Notes under the pieces: generated by a model | What the model was told of the DNA's origin: nothing | Databases searched by the model: none | The model's input: only the letters and a program-made list of their open reading frames with translations | Made by a program: the position numbers and the translations under genes | Shown here: in pieces, positions 50,771 to 64,000 of the stretch | Layout of the letters: the number at the start of each line of letters is the position of its first letter | How positions within the stretch are numbered: the first letter of the stretch is position 1 | Assembly: GCF_036321535.1 (NCBI RefSeq) | Contig: NC_087472.1 | Location: forward strand, 97,900,001 to 97,964,000 | Direction of reading: 5' to 3' | DNA length: 64,000 bases | From: Camelus dromedarius | Lineage: Eukaryota

Positions 50771-51235
50771 TGTCAGAAGAAGAAACAAAGCTGGACAGTA
50801 GTTAAATTGGTAAAAACAGATTTTGTTCAGGACTATTGCTACAGAAGAAAAGAGACGTCAGTACAGAACCAGGGTCAATTCCCAATACAGCATGGGCAAG
50901 GGGGATTTTATAACCAAGGAACAGGGAGGGAGTCAGTGGATGGAAAATTACTAAGAGAAACATGGGGGCAAGGGAGGTTCTAGCTAAACCCACCTAACAG
51001 GACACTTGCTGGAGACAGGCCAAGGTGGTCAGATATCACCTGGGGGATGAATGAGGATGAGGAACCCATTCAAATATTGAGGGTGATCAGATATTGAGGG
51101 TGGGAGGGGCTGGTTCTGGTTAAACTGACTTGCCCGGGTTGTTGCCAAAACTGGACATTAAATGTAAATGCACATGGGCCTAAGAGAAGGTTCAGGAGCC
51201 TGAGTAAAGTTTGGTCAAGCAAAGAATCTTTGTCA
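50771..51235 (-). mobile_element. ERV1-type solo LTR (MER31/MER67-like)
   Basis: tgtcag...aaagtttggtcaagcaaagaatctttgtca, with near-TSD atat / gtat. Confidence 0.65.
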
Positions 51236-52429
51236 GTATGCCCAAGTCTCCAGCCCAATGCGGGTACCCTGTCCCCTGCTTATAACCCTAACGTGTCTCC
51301 TCAGTAAGGTTCTATCTGACAACATATTACTTACCTTCTAAAGTAGGTATTTTCACCTACAAGAGGGCTTTGGAAAAGAAGAAAGATGGCCAGTCCTTGG
51401 GTGGTAGTCAGCCCTCAAGGGGCCAAGAGGCAGCACAGTCCTCAGTCTAGGGAACCTAAGAGATCAGGGGTCTTAGACCCAAAGATGATTTTGTGGTCCT
51501 GGCCAGTGAGGCACAAGTGGCTTGGATGTTATCACCAGAAGCACATGTGACCGAGAGCTGTCCTGGTGCAGGCTTCCCTGCCTGGTGGTCCACACAATGG
51601 CAGTTAGGAAATGGACAAGAAAGTCATGTTTACAAGAACCTGTTCCACATCCAGGCATGCCTTGGCCTACTTCTATTTCTCTTCATTCTGGATTATGGAT
51701 GTCTAAGTATGAAAGCTGAAACCTTACACAACATACATTTGGAGATGCAGCAGCCTTACTCCAGCCCAGGCCCATTCCTACCTCTGGGTCTTTGATTATG
51801 CTGTTCCACTCTCCAGTAGTGCCCTTCCTCCTCCTTCTCCTCCTTCTTTTTCTCTGTGCAAAAGTCTATTCATTCCTCAGGGTCCACCTTTGTCTTAACT
51901 AGCTCTACCTTGAAAATTTCCTCTTGCCTGTGGACTATCACACTGGTCAATATCAGACAGTTCAATATTTAATCCAATTTAGAAACTCAATTATGAGCTC
52001 CTAAGGGTAGGGAATTGTAGGAACATTTTTCTGTATGTAATACAACACTAGAATATGGCTGAACACATCAGATTCTCGATAAACAACTCTGGCTTGATTT
52101 ATTTGGGGTCTATTACTTCTTAAAGTGTAGGATAGTGAAGGAAAAAATATGGATAAGCTATGAATAAAAAACTTAATGAGTAGCTAAACATTTTAAGAAT
52201 ATATAGAGGAGGAACTAATATAACAAGGAGGAAATAAACATGTAAGGAAACGAAACCTCTACTCCAGAGGGCAAAAGTGGGCCTCCTGGAGCTGAGCATG
52301 GAATGGAAGATGGCTCCTTAAAACCCTTGTTCTCAATTCACAGAGAAAATTTACAAGGAGAGGAGAGGAGCACTGCTTTGTTCCCTTTGAAATCCACAGG
52401 GAAACTTCATGACCTTCAGTAATACTTCA

Positions 52430-52890
52430 GATTATTGTTCAACAGCTTCCTTCACTGCCCTCACCGCCCCCACCCACTGTGGATACCCTATACTTCCTTG
52501 ACGTCTTGATGTTGGACTTCACCATGTGACTTGCTTTGAACAATGTCATGTTGGAAGACATGGCACAAGCAAGGCCTTACATGTACAACCAATGTGCTTG
52601 TGGAATTGGGCTTGGCTTTTTCATGACAAAATTCATTGACAGGAAGACCACACCATGATAGCCACCACTCCTTTAGCCTGGGCTCTGTAAAGAAACACAT
52701 GGAGCACACCTGAACCCAACCCACCACCTGGAGCCAAGTCCAGCCAACCTGCCACCCAGCTCTAACCAGCAAACCACAATCAACTTACAGACCTGTGAAC
52801 AGGAGAATAGGTGCCTCTTGTTATAAGCCACTGAGTTTTTGGGTTGTTTTCTATGCAGCATTATTATGACAGCAGCTGGTTAATAAACCT
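52430..52890 (+). mobile_element. MLT1-type LTR
   Basis: ccatgtgacttgctttg..ttataagccactgagtttttgggttgtt..atgcagcattatt. Confidence 0.8.
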
Positions 52891-53569
52891 TACATAGTCT
52901 GAAGGGGAACATTGGGTTGAATGTGTTGAAAGGAATAACCCAGATAAATTCATTATCTGAGTACCACACACCTGGTTTTATAGCTTACATGACTCACAGC
53001 CCTCTCAGTTACAGGCAGCTAGAAACAAAGATCTATGAGAGAGAAAATTATCTTCCTGCTCATGCAAGCATTTTCTTCAATATTAGCTCCAGAACTTCTA
53101 CAGAAAAGGAGCTTTGGAGAGGTAATAAGATGGGGGAAGGGGAGCTGCAGAGAGCCCAAATCTGGATTTGCACAACACTTAACTGAGAAATGTCAACTCT
53201 CTTCCATGTGGAAGGTGTGAGGTAGCCAATGACAATGAGGAGGGAGGTCTGGAAAAGCCTTTATGCTACCCTTTGGTGTCCGATGTCTCTTCCTCCATAT
53301 GAACCCTGTGGAGGGAGGGAAGGTAAACACCTGCAAGTTTCAACAGGACTCATCTGATCCTAGAACAAGGTACTAAACTAATGATACTTTATCTGGGGCT
53401 TTGAAGAAGCTAAAACCATAGCTTCTTAGCTCTGTTCCCCTATGTTCATAGGGACAACTAGAGGGAAAGAAAAACTGAAGGTAAAGATAAAAAGCTGACG
53501 TATTCAGGACTGTAACATCTCCATTCAGTAATATGCCACAGTATCTTTACATTTTATACATAGACACAT

Positions 53570-53960
53570 ATATATTGATTTTTTCAAAAGATAATACATT
53601 CGTCTGATTGAACACGTCTATGTATATATACGTATTCATGTATGTTTATGTATTTCCATGTCTACATAGAGAAAACTCTCTCTCCCATGCTGTCCCACAT
53701 TAGTCTAGTTCCCTATCCCCTAAAATCCACAAGTAAACACTTTTATTCATTTCTCAAATATATTTCCAGAACTGCTCTAGGCAAAGAGAAATATGGCATT
53801 ATAATTTTCTCATTTTTAACACAGAAGATAGCATACTATACCCACTGTCCTATACTTTTTTTTAATACCTCATAATATACCCTGGAGATTTTTCCATTTC
53901 AGGATATAGAGACCTTCATCATTATTTTTTAATAGCCACATAATATTCGATTCCTTGATT
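53570..53960 (-). mobile_element. Old L1 (L1ME-like) 3' fragment
   Basis: agcatactata..cctggagatttttccatttcaggatatagagacc..atagccacataatattc. Confidence 0.55.
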
Positions 53961-54654
53961 GTTACTGTGGCCTTTTGAGAACTTCCAATAAGACTGTGTT
54001 ATTGCTTGAATGATTCCAAGTTTTATATTTCTTAGAGATAAATGGTTTTATCACTACATTTATTATAAATGGGATAATAATGATTCAAACTGAAAATGTG
54101 ATAATTACAGGATGAGTTTTATTGGCGTCTGAAAACAATCTGTGAGATGTTGGGAACCTTAGTTTAAAAAAATTCAAGAAGTCCAAAGACTTCTTGGCAG
54201 AAAATGTGACTCTAGGAGTCAAGACACTCCTCTGGGGGAACCATCATTACAAAACAGAGGAAGAATGGAGCCATAGTCATGAAACACCCACAAGATGTGA
54301 GCTAAGAGATCCTGTCCTTAGCTGTTCATGTGTTAAATCTTTCCCTGGGGAGCAAACTAAAGGGGGAAGAGCAAAGTCCTGCCTTTGTTTTCTAGTAGAA
54401 TTCTGGGGACTTGACTACTATTTCCACAGGTCTTTGGGGGCCATGTTTTCTCTCATTTCCAACCTCTCCCGAGGCACCATCTGGGTTTGGATTTTATGTC
54501 TGTTCAAACTCTCACTTTTATAAAATTAGATTCCTTGCTTTACAGATAACTGTGAGATTTTTAAAACCGTCCATAGATAAAGTTCTTCTTCCTTTTGCTG
54601 ATTAAATCTTAAGCTTAGTCTCGTCTTAAATAAATCCTAACCTTCATTATAGTT

Positions 54655-55040
54655 GTTTTAGTTATCAATTGCTACATAACAAACTTCCCCAAAATGTAGT
54701 AGCTCAAAACAAAGGTCTTCTTTTCCTCACAGTTTTGTAGGAATTCAGGAAAGGAGGGCAGCTCACCTCTGCTCCACATGGTATCAACCCAGGAAGACAG
54801 TGGAGACACCCCCTCTAGACTTCTTCTTCATCAGCTCAGGGCTTTAAGGGTGGTCTGAGGGACAGGATGAGGCAGTCTCTTCTGGCCTAACCCCAGAAAT
54901 TACCACAGTGTCACTTCCACGATAGTCTCTTGGTCAAAACAGTCACAGAGCTTGCCCGTATTCAAGGAGAAGGGACACAGGGCTCACCTTTTGATAGAAA
55001 AAAAAAAATCACATAATTTGTAACCATATTTAATCTGTCA
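54655..55040 (-). mobile_element. MLT1-type LTR
   Basis: attgctacataacaaacttccccaaaatgtagtagctcaaaacaa..gtgtcacttccac. Confidence 0.7.
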
Positions 55041-55114
55041 TAAAGGGGATATAATACATTCCATTCCTTAAAATTCTGACACCTTTTAAAGTTTCACTCA
55101 GAAATTGAAAGTCT

Positions 55115-55510
55115 TCCAAATACAGTATGATCTCACTTATATATGGAATCTAAAAATGTCTAACCACAGAAGCAGAGAGTAGAATGGAGGTTGCCAGGGG
55201 CTAGGGGTGGGGGAAATGGGGAGATGTTGCTCAAAGGGGACAAACTTCCAGTTATAAGATGAGTAAGTTCTGGAGATTCAATGTACAGCGTGATGACTAG
55301 AATTAATAATACTGTATTAGATACTAAAAATTTGCTAAGCGAGTAGATCTTAAGTGTTCTCAACACACACACAAAAGGTTAACTATGTGAGGTGATGGAT
55401 ATGTTAATTATCTTGATTGTGGTAATCATTTCACAATGTGTAAGTATATTAAATCATCACATTGTATACCTTATATACAATTTTATTGGTCAGTTATAAA
55501 AAAGAAAATA
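55115..55510 (+). mobile_element. L1MA/MB 3'UTR
   Basis: gagagtagaatggaggttgccagggg..aatttgctaagcgagtagatcttaagtgttctca..gtgaggtgatggatatgttaatt. Confidence 0.88.
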
Positions 55511-55977
55511 TGTTAAAATTAATTTTTTTTTAATTTTAAAGAAATGAAGTCCTCATCACACTCATTTGAATTAGGATATGCTTTGGCTGATTTGCAGCTG
55601 TACATACTATAAAAAGCATGAACCAGCATAGTCTTGGGGAGGATGAGATAGATTTGTCTCTATCACAGAGCAGTGAGCCCCTCTTTGGTGTCTAAAAATA
55701 AAATTCTCACATAACGTTCTAACATCCCAGAGAGGTGAAAAATGATTAACTGTTTGGAATATGAAACAGGATGACATGTGAACTCACCTTAAGGTGTTAT
55801 GAAACCTCAGCGACAGCTGTACTTCTACTGGAATAGCGTGGGAGTGTGTTTAGAAACAGGTTCCGCAGATGGACCACTGGCGTTTGAATCCAAGTTCAGC
55901 CATTTACTTACTATGTGACATTAGGAAGGTGACAAAAGCTCTCTATGTCTAGTGTCTTATCTATAAATTTAGGTGTA

Positions 55978-56055
55978 TGATATATATGTGTGTACATGCA
56001 TATAAATTTAGGTATATATGTGTATAAATTCAGATATACAGATATATATATATAA

Positions 56056-56088
<33 letters not shown>
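55978..56088 (+). repeat. (TA)n-rich microsatellite within a MIR
   Basis: tatatata tract. Flanking MIR motifs at about 55860-55970. Confidence 0.8.
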
Positions 56089-56091
<3 letters not shown>

Positions 56092-56171
56092 TAGGAATGT
56101 GATGAGAAGTATAACAGATAGTGCATAAACTTAATGTGGCATCTTTTAAGTGCTTCACTTGGTTGAAATAA

Positions 56172-56625
56172 CATTAGCTGCTGTTATAGATAAGCCCCAA
56201 AGTCTAACTGGCTTAACACAGGAGAAGTGTAGTTCTCGTTCATGAGAAGCCCACTCAGAGGCTGAAAGTAGGAAAGGATGACACTGCTCCGGGTAGTCAC
56301 TCAAGGTTCAGCGGGAAGGTGGTTCTTCTGCCTTCTTCAACAAGTGGCTTCCGAGATCACCTTGGGTGTTGCCATGCAGCTATCAATGGGAGGAGAGAGA
56401 GAGAGAGAGCACAGGATCCCTTGAGAAGCTTCTAAGGATTAGGTATGGATATGGTATAATCAATTCCATTTACATTTAATTGGCCAGAACTCAATTACAT
56501 GACCACTCCTAGATGCAAAGGGGTCTGGGAAATGTAGTCTCTGGCTGGGCAGCTGCTTTCCAACAACATTATTACACCATGGAAGGAAAAGCACAAATAC
56601 TTGGTGGACAGCTAATATATTTACC
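56172..56625 (-). mobile_element. MLT1-type LTR
   Basis: ggcttaacaca..ttggccagaactcaattacatgacc..gatgcaaaggggtctgggaaatgtagtct. Confidence 0.75.
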
Positions 56626-57611
56626 ATGGTGCTCCATAAGTCTTAGCTTTTAGAACATATAATGGCTATGGCTGTAATTTTTTTCTTTGCACCAGGAACC
56701 GAAAAAAATTAAGGAGAGGTTAAAACTCCATCTTGCAAAGCAACCTACCACTACTATGGCAGAGTCTTGCTAAGTATGCCTCTTCCCACCCTCCTCCCAT
56801 GCCCCAGACCCCCACTCACTGTGATCTTTCAATCCCTAATTTCAAATACCGCACTTAATTCTTGGTGATTCATTATGTATTTAGTAATGAAAATAAACTC
56901 TCCCAGGCCACTTCAGAATGAATCAATCATCTTCCATGGGAAAGTCCAAGATAGGAGTATCTGGTGGTCTTAGAGAGGAAGGGCAGGGGGATGACTTGAG
57001 GTTGAACAGCCCTTTGATGGCAGGTGATTTAGGGCAGGCCAAGTTTTCTTTTGGGAGAAAGACGTATTCCCACACAACAATGAAAAGTAAAACTTTTGCA
57101 GGAGATTAACCTCTCCTACTTGAGGTGGACACTATCTAGGGATTCAAAATCCAGATGTGCGTACACATTTGGGTAAGTGGAACTGACCACTTCTGTGATC
57201 CAAATTTATTAAGACTTCCTAGGGGAAAAAACCCTCTCCCTGCACATGCATTATGAACCTGGGATTTGTGGACTAGGATGTCCATGGATGGTCTTCAGGG
57301 GGTCTACAGGTTCTCTGAGCTAGTATGCAAATGTATGCATGTGTATACACGCATGTATATACACGCACATCCCTTCATGATCACCACTTTCATACAAGCT
57401 ATGGAAACCACTTTCTGAACCACTGTCAGTTATGTGCCAAGAGTTCGGCAGGATTTCCACAGTGCCACATGGTATGAGTTAAGAAACAGGCTTTTCTGGG
57501 GGTAAAAGGGAATCCACAAGTCCCCCATCCTCCTATTATTCCATACGAGACATCCTGAGACCTGGATGGTCTGCTAGACATGCAGTACGGATTTGTGCTT
57601 CCTAGAAAAGG

Positions 57612-57815
57612 GCTTCTCAGCCAGGGATGAATTGTGCCTTGGGGTCATTTGCTAGTGTGTGGAGATAGTTTTGAGTGTTAACAATCAGAAGGGGTGCTTT
57701 TAGTACCCAGTGGGTAAATGCCAGAGATGCTGTTAGTCATCCTACAAAAGACAGGTCTTCCTCCACAAGGAAGAACTATTGGGTTCGTATCAACAGTGCT
57801 AATGCTGAAAAATCC
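57612..57815. mobile_element. MER20-like MITE (degenerate)
   Basis: cttctcagccaggg..ggggtcatttgc..gatgctgttagtcatcctaca..tcaacagtgctaatgctgaaaaa. Confidence 0.6.
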
Positions 57816-57924
57816 TGCATGAAAGGGACTTTCCCAATATGGTGGTCTCTCTCCAAGTAGGTTCAGAATTCCAAAAGATCTGCTCTGTTAATCTTGCATC
57901 CTACAGTAAGACAGGCATATTCCT

Positions 57925-58420
57925 ACCTTCAGATTTTAGTTCTCCCCCAAAGCGGAGCCTGAGACAAAGCTCTCATGACATGGCTTGCGTATCAGTTGTT
58001 TATTTTAGAAAGTGATCCCAAGGAACAGAAATGAGGATACTAGAAAGAGTGAAACAGAGAGGCTGCAAAGCCAATCTAAGGGCACATTATTAAGCAAGCT
58101 GTCACCACTGTGAGCAACTGGAGTTCAGTCTCTCTGGAGATCCCCGGAGGGGTCACGTAGAATGCACCTCAGGACTGTCTGCCCTAGGGACCAATATTTT
58201 CCTACTGACTGCCATTCCCCAGCGATCAAGGATTTTCCCCTGGGGCTTAGCTCCCTTAAGGTTTGTGCATACCCTCAGAACACAGAGGCTGCAGGGAAGC
58301 CTTAGGTCAGCTCATTAAGGCAAGATGTTGTTAGGTTCCATCTGCAGATAGCTGGTTGCCACCACAGGAAGAGACTTGGGCCAAGAGGAAATGAGGCTGG
58401 GCACAAGATATGTCCAATAC
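57925..58420 (-). mobile_element. ERVL-type LTR
   Basis: ttctcccccaaagcggagcctgagacaa..gtttattt..gtgatcccaagga. Confidence 0.55.
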
Positions 58421-61400
58421 TCTCACTGTAGCAATTTATTTTGCAGTAGGGGCCCTGTGTTAAGCCCTCCCTGCTGCCCACTATTCAGCTTTACAGAGAG
58501 AAACAAGCAATCAAGCTTCTGGCAATTTTTCTAGCCAAAAGTGAGGCGCTAGCCTGGAGGGAGGCTTATTCTCTTTCTTGGTAATATTCCATTTCTATCT
58601 GTCCTAGATTTTTTTTCCAAACACCTCCTCGGTGGTATGATTAGGATGCCCTGCTGCCCAGAGAGCATCCTGGGTGAGGCTTTTTTCTCCATTCTCTGTT
58701 CCCAGGGCACAAGGCTTTCAGATTATTGAGGGAGGAGGGAAGGCTGCTTCACCACCTGGGGCCACCCTTCAGCACCCAGGATTCTGCTCTCACGGCAGCG
58801 GGTCCAGCACTCCAGAATTTCCAAACGACTGGCTTCTCCAAGTCCCAGTCAACATCAGATGAACCATGAGGCTACTAAAACACTGCTCATTCCTGGGTTG
58901 AGGAGCCTGGCCTGCCCTCTCAGCGGCTGTGGTGACTCACGATTACTCTGGTCATCCAGTGCCCTTCCCTTGTCCCACATGACCCTGCTCACCAGCCCTC
59001 CAGGTACCTTGTCCATAACCTCAGGAGGGGTATCCCCTACATCCAGGGACCCTTTCCTCCAGAACAATAGGAATGCTCCTCACCTGATGTGCCAGGTAGG
59101 TCCCTTTGTGGTTATCATCTGTTGTGTTAAAAGGCTCAGAACAAATTCTACACTGTCACACCATACAGAGATAGCGGAAACTTACAAGGCCAGGGTCATA
59201 AGAGAAGAGAGGGCATAAATGCCCTCCCTCTCATAACCTACATGGAGAGGTAGCCCAGGGACAGGGCAGGGGTTTGCATTCCAGGAAAAAGATTCTGGGC
59301 CTTTCACTCTCAATCTTACAGCAAATACGTGAGAAAGTAGTCCTGCCAGAGAGAATACAAACACACTCCTGGGCAGCAAACTGACTAGATCTGGGTCCCG
59401 GTTGTTTAGAGGAGTTGCCTGGAACCACCAACTGGCAGGTATCTGGAGCCTCAGGGGACCCATGGGAAGCTACAGCCAGCTTTGTCCAGGTATGGGACCC
59501 ACTAGTGGGAAACCGAGCTTCGGAGCGGCCAATCCCACTGGGCGAAACAACAGTAACTAGGCTGAATTGAGTCTTATACTTAGGAATATAATACTGCCAG
59601 AACTTTCTCTCTCTCTTTCCATTACTGAGAAATATAATGACTTATTTCATATAGTATACAGCCTGTTTCCATATTTATGTAAATCTTATGAATAAAAATA
59701 GATAAGTTGCTTTTTATTTGGTTGCCATTTAGTTATCTTCTTTATTGAGTGGCAGTTAGAGCCCACTTCCTTTTTAACAAATGAGACATGATCAGATTTC
59801 TCTTTTAGAAAATAATTTTACAAGCAAGGATAGAAAAAGGATAAGCAAATAAATATTGAGGACCCAGACCCTCCTGCTGGGAGAAAGAAGGGTCCCAGTC
59901 CAGCCAGCTCACTGCCCAAGCTACCCAAAGTAAGCTACCTGTTGTACCATCAGCTCCCTGCATCCCAGACCCCCTGCAACATTCTAAAGCCTCAGCAGTG
60001 TCTCAGTGAACTATTTCAGCTAGCAGTTCTAATTTCATTGCTACATCCGCCCTCACATTCATGTGTGTACCATTCACTTCCTTTTCTTACAATATTTTCC
60101 TTACTCTGCATACACATATCAGCTAAAAACCTCCGCTACTTACACTGATTACAGAAAAGAATGTGATGGTAAGTAGACAAGATTTCCTAGGCAACTAGCC
60201 ACATGACCACCCAATCCCTTCAAAAATAACAAAAAATCAAATAGTTAAATAAATCAGAGAGATTAACCATCACTGCACTAAAATTCCAATGTTGATGTAC
60301 TTCATTGCTAAAATATAACCTAGAAGAATTGAAGGGGCTAATGCTGACTTTCTATATCGGCTGGGAAACAATGGGGATACATTGACAAGCAAAACATCGC
60401 CTCTGTCCAGAGTCTAGCCACTACTGCATCCATTAATTTCCCACCCAGATGACATCATGCCTCCTAATGTTTGCTTTGCCACTTCTATTTTTCCCAAACA
60501 GCTGCAGTGATCCCCTTGCTAAAGAAAGTAAAAACAAGTGCCTGGTAAGGAAAACACAGAGAAAGCTCCATTGGTCTATACAGACTCATGCCATCCTCAG
60601 CTCTGACAGCAGCCTTAGAAAAGGAGCAGCCAAAATGCTCTCTTTCCATTCTTAAAGGGGGGGATGGGGTAGAGAAAGGAAAGATGAAGTTATAATGTAT
60701 ATTGGGGAGGTCTCCTCAAATAAAGGAGGTAGTAAAAATTATTGCCATTGTGTTTGAATGCAATTGACTTCTGGCACGTTTATAGCACTGAAGAAATAAA
60801 CATGAGGAACTGCAAGTAAACAAAACTGCAAATGTCGTTTGGTCCTGAGGGGTGCAGCACCCGAACAGCATGTGGAGAGAATCAGTAATCACGTTTTCCT
60901 CCAGCTCCTGGTTAACAAATCAGATGGCAGCACAGGGCTCTCTAGGTATCACGGCATTCTAAAAATAACCACCTTGCCTCCTTATGTAACCCAGCGGCAA
61001 TCTCATTCCATTTCTAAATTTAGAGCCCTCGGCAAAGGCCAGTCTGGTGGGGAAGTGGCTGGTGATGCCAGTTAGCGGAATGACTCACAGAGCTCAGCTA
61101 ATAAAAATTAAATGTGTCTCTCTCTGGAATAATATATGAAGTGATATACAGGTATGGAAAGCATTTCTAAGAGCCCCAAATAAGATAAAGACAGCTCTGT
61201 CATTGCAATCAGGGAGGGAGAGGACAGCTGGAATTATCTTGTAATAGAAACAAAAACCCTACTATGTTTATCTGGTCATCTCATGAAGAGGAATTCTGAA
61301 AGCATCAACTTGCAGCCAATGCTTGCGGACTGTTGATATGTGTGGGTCAGCAACTCGGTTTGTGTGACAATTTCTGAAGCAAAAACACAATTTACGGACT

Positions 61401-61859
61401 TTGAAGTTTTCCATTAAACAGACACCTGCTTTCCTTCTCTGACCCTCTCACACTGTTCATCTCTAGTATCCGTTCTAACAGCAAGTTTACAACAGAACTA
61501 CACACACACACGCACACATGCACAACACAGAAGCATTTCTCCTAATTAATATACTAGGTTGGCTATGTAATAAAATCAGCTTTGTTTCTAGTCTCTAATC
61601 ACAAATTATTGTTTATCTGGGTAAAGCTTCATTTACCCAGCATGCACACCACCAGAAAGTTCTAACGGCCAGAACTGCTTTGCAGTAATGTTCCACAGTC
61701 ACAAATGCTCATGATGGTGCTTGAAGTGTTACATACCCTGAAGTATCTTCTGAATTATGAGAGAAAGTCAGTTTTCTGGTTTGAAAGAAATATATTAAGA
61801 TTCTTTGAAAACTGTCTGTTGTAGATGGATGAGAGGAATTTTCCATGGGCCTCAGGAAC

Positions 61860-62030
61860 TGAAAACCTGGATTCAAGTCCAGACCCGTTGGCAGTTCACT
61901 TCAGGATAATTTGTTTAAACTTTCTGAGCCTCAAAAACTCCTCACCTGTAAAATGGGGCTAATAATATCGTAGCAAAGTATTGTAAGTCAAATGAAATAT
62001 TATATGCAAGAATACTTTGTAAATTATAAA
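61860..62030 (+). mobile_element. MIR SINE
   Basis: cctggattcaagtcc..ttctgagcctca..ctcacctgtaaaatgggg. Confidence 0.7.
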
Positions 62031-62329
62031 TGGTTCGTTTTAGGTTTTTATGCTCTAAAGGCTAGGTAGCATTTAAACTTTATCAGAATACTCCTTTCAA
62101 TAACCATTCTAGAGAAATTAAAATTTATTGTACTTAATTTATGCATTTATTGGTAAGAAAATTGGAGCTACACCCATAATGGAAGAAAACATTTGTCAAA
62201 TGTATAACTTCCACTTCAGTGACACATCTGTTCCAAAAGCTAATTATTTATTTAAATATGAGCATCTTCCCTAAGTACAGCCTACAGGGAAATGAGATGC
62301 TGGGAAAGAAGGAAACATGATAGTAACAA

Positions 62330-62575
62330 CTAACACAATATTCCAAGCTCTTCTTCTGCACCCTTCTAAGTACTTTACAAATACCAATGCGTTTAATTCC
62401 CCTAACAACCCTCTGAGAGGGTACTGTTATTGGCTTCATTTGATAGATGGGGAAACTGAGATACTGAGAGATTAAAAATAACTTTTCTGAGGTCTCTCAG
62501 CATCTGAGTGACAGCTGAGAGACCCAAACTCAGATTCCACTCTTGAATGTGGGTGTTTAACCACTGCACACATTG
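62330..62575 (-). mobile_element. MIR SINE
   Basis: tttaattccc..aacaaccctctgag..tagatggggaaactgag. Confidence 0.7.
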
Positions 62576-64000
62576 CCTGGACCTGGGAGCTTCTTTTCCC
62601 CACAATGAGGATGCAGCCTGCTGACCCTGAGTCTGATTCAAGATTCAGGAGGGTCCCAGACACTTGTCAGTATTTCCTGTTACCTATACATGCATTGCCT
62701 GTGGAGAGTTTCCCCAAAAGCTCACATTAGCCAGTTGTAAAATACACAATCACAGCATTCAAAAGGAAGCTCTCCCAGTCCAACAATACTAAACCTCGTC
62801 TCAGGATCAAAATTATCAAAGGCTGCTCTGCTGAGGTCTCTTTTCTACACCTGCAGCCCCCTCGCTTCTATAAAGTCTCCCATCCTTGACTAAATAAATC
62901 AGGAATTTACTGTGTGGTGAGTGCAGGGCTTCCAATCATTCCAGAGCTGAGGAGGAACTCATCACAAGAAAGCTGGGCTGACTTTGCAAGTATATTTCTG
63001 CCTCTACAACGTCGAAAATTCACAAGGAAGAGCCAGTGTGACTTAAGTTCTAAATACACTAGATAACAAAACCAGTCTGGGGACCCAGTGCTATCACATC
63101 TCCATCAGTAACTAGGGGGTTAGAACTTGACTGAAACACTAATCTAAGAGCCCCTGCATCGCCATCTGTAAAATGCTCATTGAAGAACTCCAAAGCCTCT
63201 AAAAAGTCCACTGCTCTAAAGACACAGGCTTGACCTGAGCAAACAAAGAAACTTAAAAGTAGGACTATACACCTAAGACAAGTATGGGTGATTGTAACAG
63301 ACTTTCTGGTGGGGTTTTAGGGCATTTGCCTCCAGGGCTCAAGCTTTGGGGGAAGTTTCTTGCCCAAGAGAAACTCCCCAAAGTGCTTGGACCCTGGAGA
63401 CAAATGAGGGCCTAAAATCCAACCAGGAAGTCCATTACAATCATCTCCTACTCTCATGTGGGTCTGCTGACTCAACAAGAAACATCTGCAAAATCTTAGT
63501 CTACCCCAGCATACAAAGTCTTTGGGGACACCCTCTAAAACTCCTATCAGAACCATAGAAGCTACCCATTTAATGAGCTGGACCTGGAGGGCTTGGTGAG
63601 CATTAATGCTTGAGAGAGAAGGAAATGTGATGCAGAGTCAACGACTGAAGCACCAGAAAGAAATGGTGCTACAATTGGTAAATTCAGAATAAATACTTTA
63701 TGAGGGAGGTACATACACATACACACACACACACAGAATATTCTCCTCTCTTCTAATTAGCTATCTAGCTAATTCAACTAAACAGAAAATAGGAAATTAC
63801 AAGGGAAAAAAATCTTAGCAATCAAAAGAGATGGTGACACTTCACGCATAGAAACGAGCCTCATTCAGAAACGAGCCTCATTTAGAATTTGTGTTCTAAC
63901 TCGATGTGGTGTTCCAACAAACTTAAGTTATCTGGTTGCTGTATTAAAAATAAGAATGACTTAGTTTGAAGGGGGGAGTGGTAGAAACAGACACACTGAC

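Noticed and set aside
63850..63883. 17-bp direct repeat agaaacgagcctcatt(c/t)
   Set aside because: Two adjacent copies with no spacer; a simple tandem duplication, not CRISPR-like.

Overview
This is AT-rich, repeat-dense mammalian genomic DNA. Vic-1-type tRNA-derived SINEs point to a camelid (Camelus/Vicugna/Lama). I see no intact protein-coding gene, RNA gene, CpG island or prokaryotic feature, and nearly all ORFs in the supplied track are spurious or derive from repeats. The main hidden feature is a heavily decayed multi-exon gene on the minus strand, from about 38,000 (possibly 42,000) down to at least about 1,040. Manual translation between AG/GT splice sites gives stop- and frameshift-riddled peptides. 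In the correct N-to-C order they follow the architecture of the NWD1/NWD2 family: a DUF4062-like N-terminus, a NACHT NTPase, a helical/winged-helix region, then a probable WD40 tail. The sequence looks too divergent to be NWD1 or NWD2 itself, so it is probably an unprocessed (likely unitary) pseudogene of a third paralogue. Its NACHT exon is split by an MLT-type LTR and an L1MC-like element, which suggests an ancient loss. The rest is L1, L2, MIR, MER and MLT repeats, a three-level nested LTR and a few candidate non-coding elements. Homology and repeat-family calls come from recalled sequences, not searches, and most boundaries are approximate.
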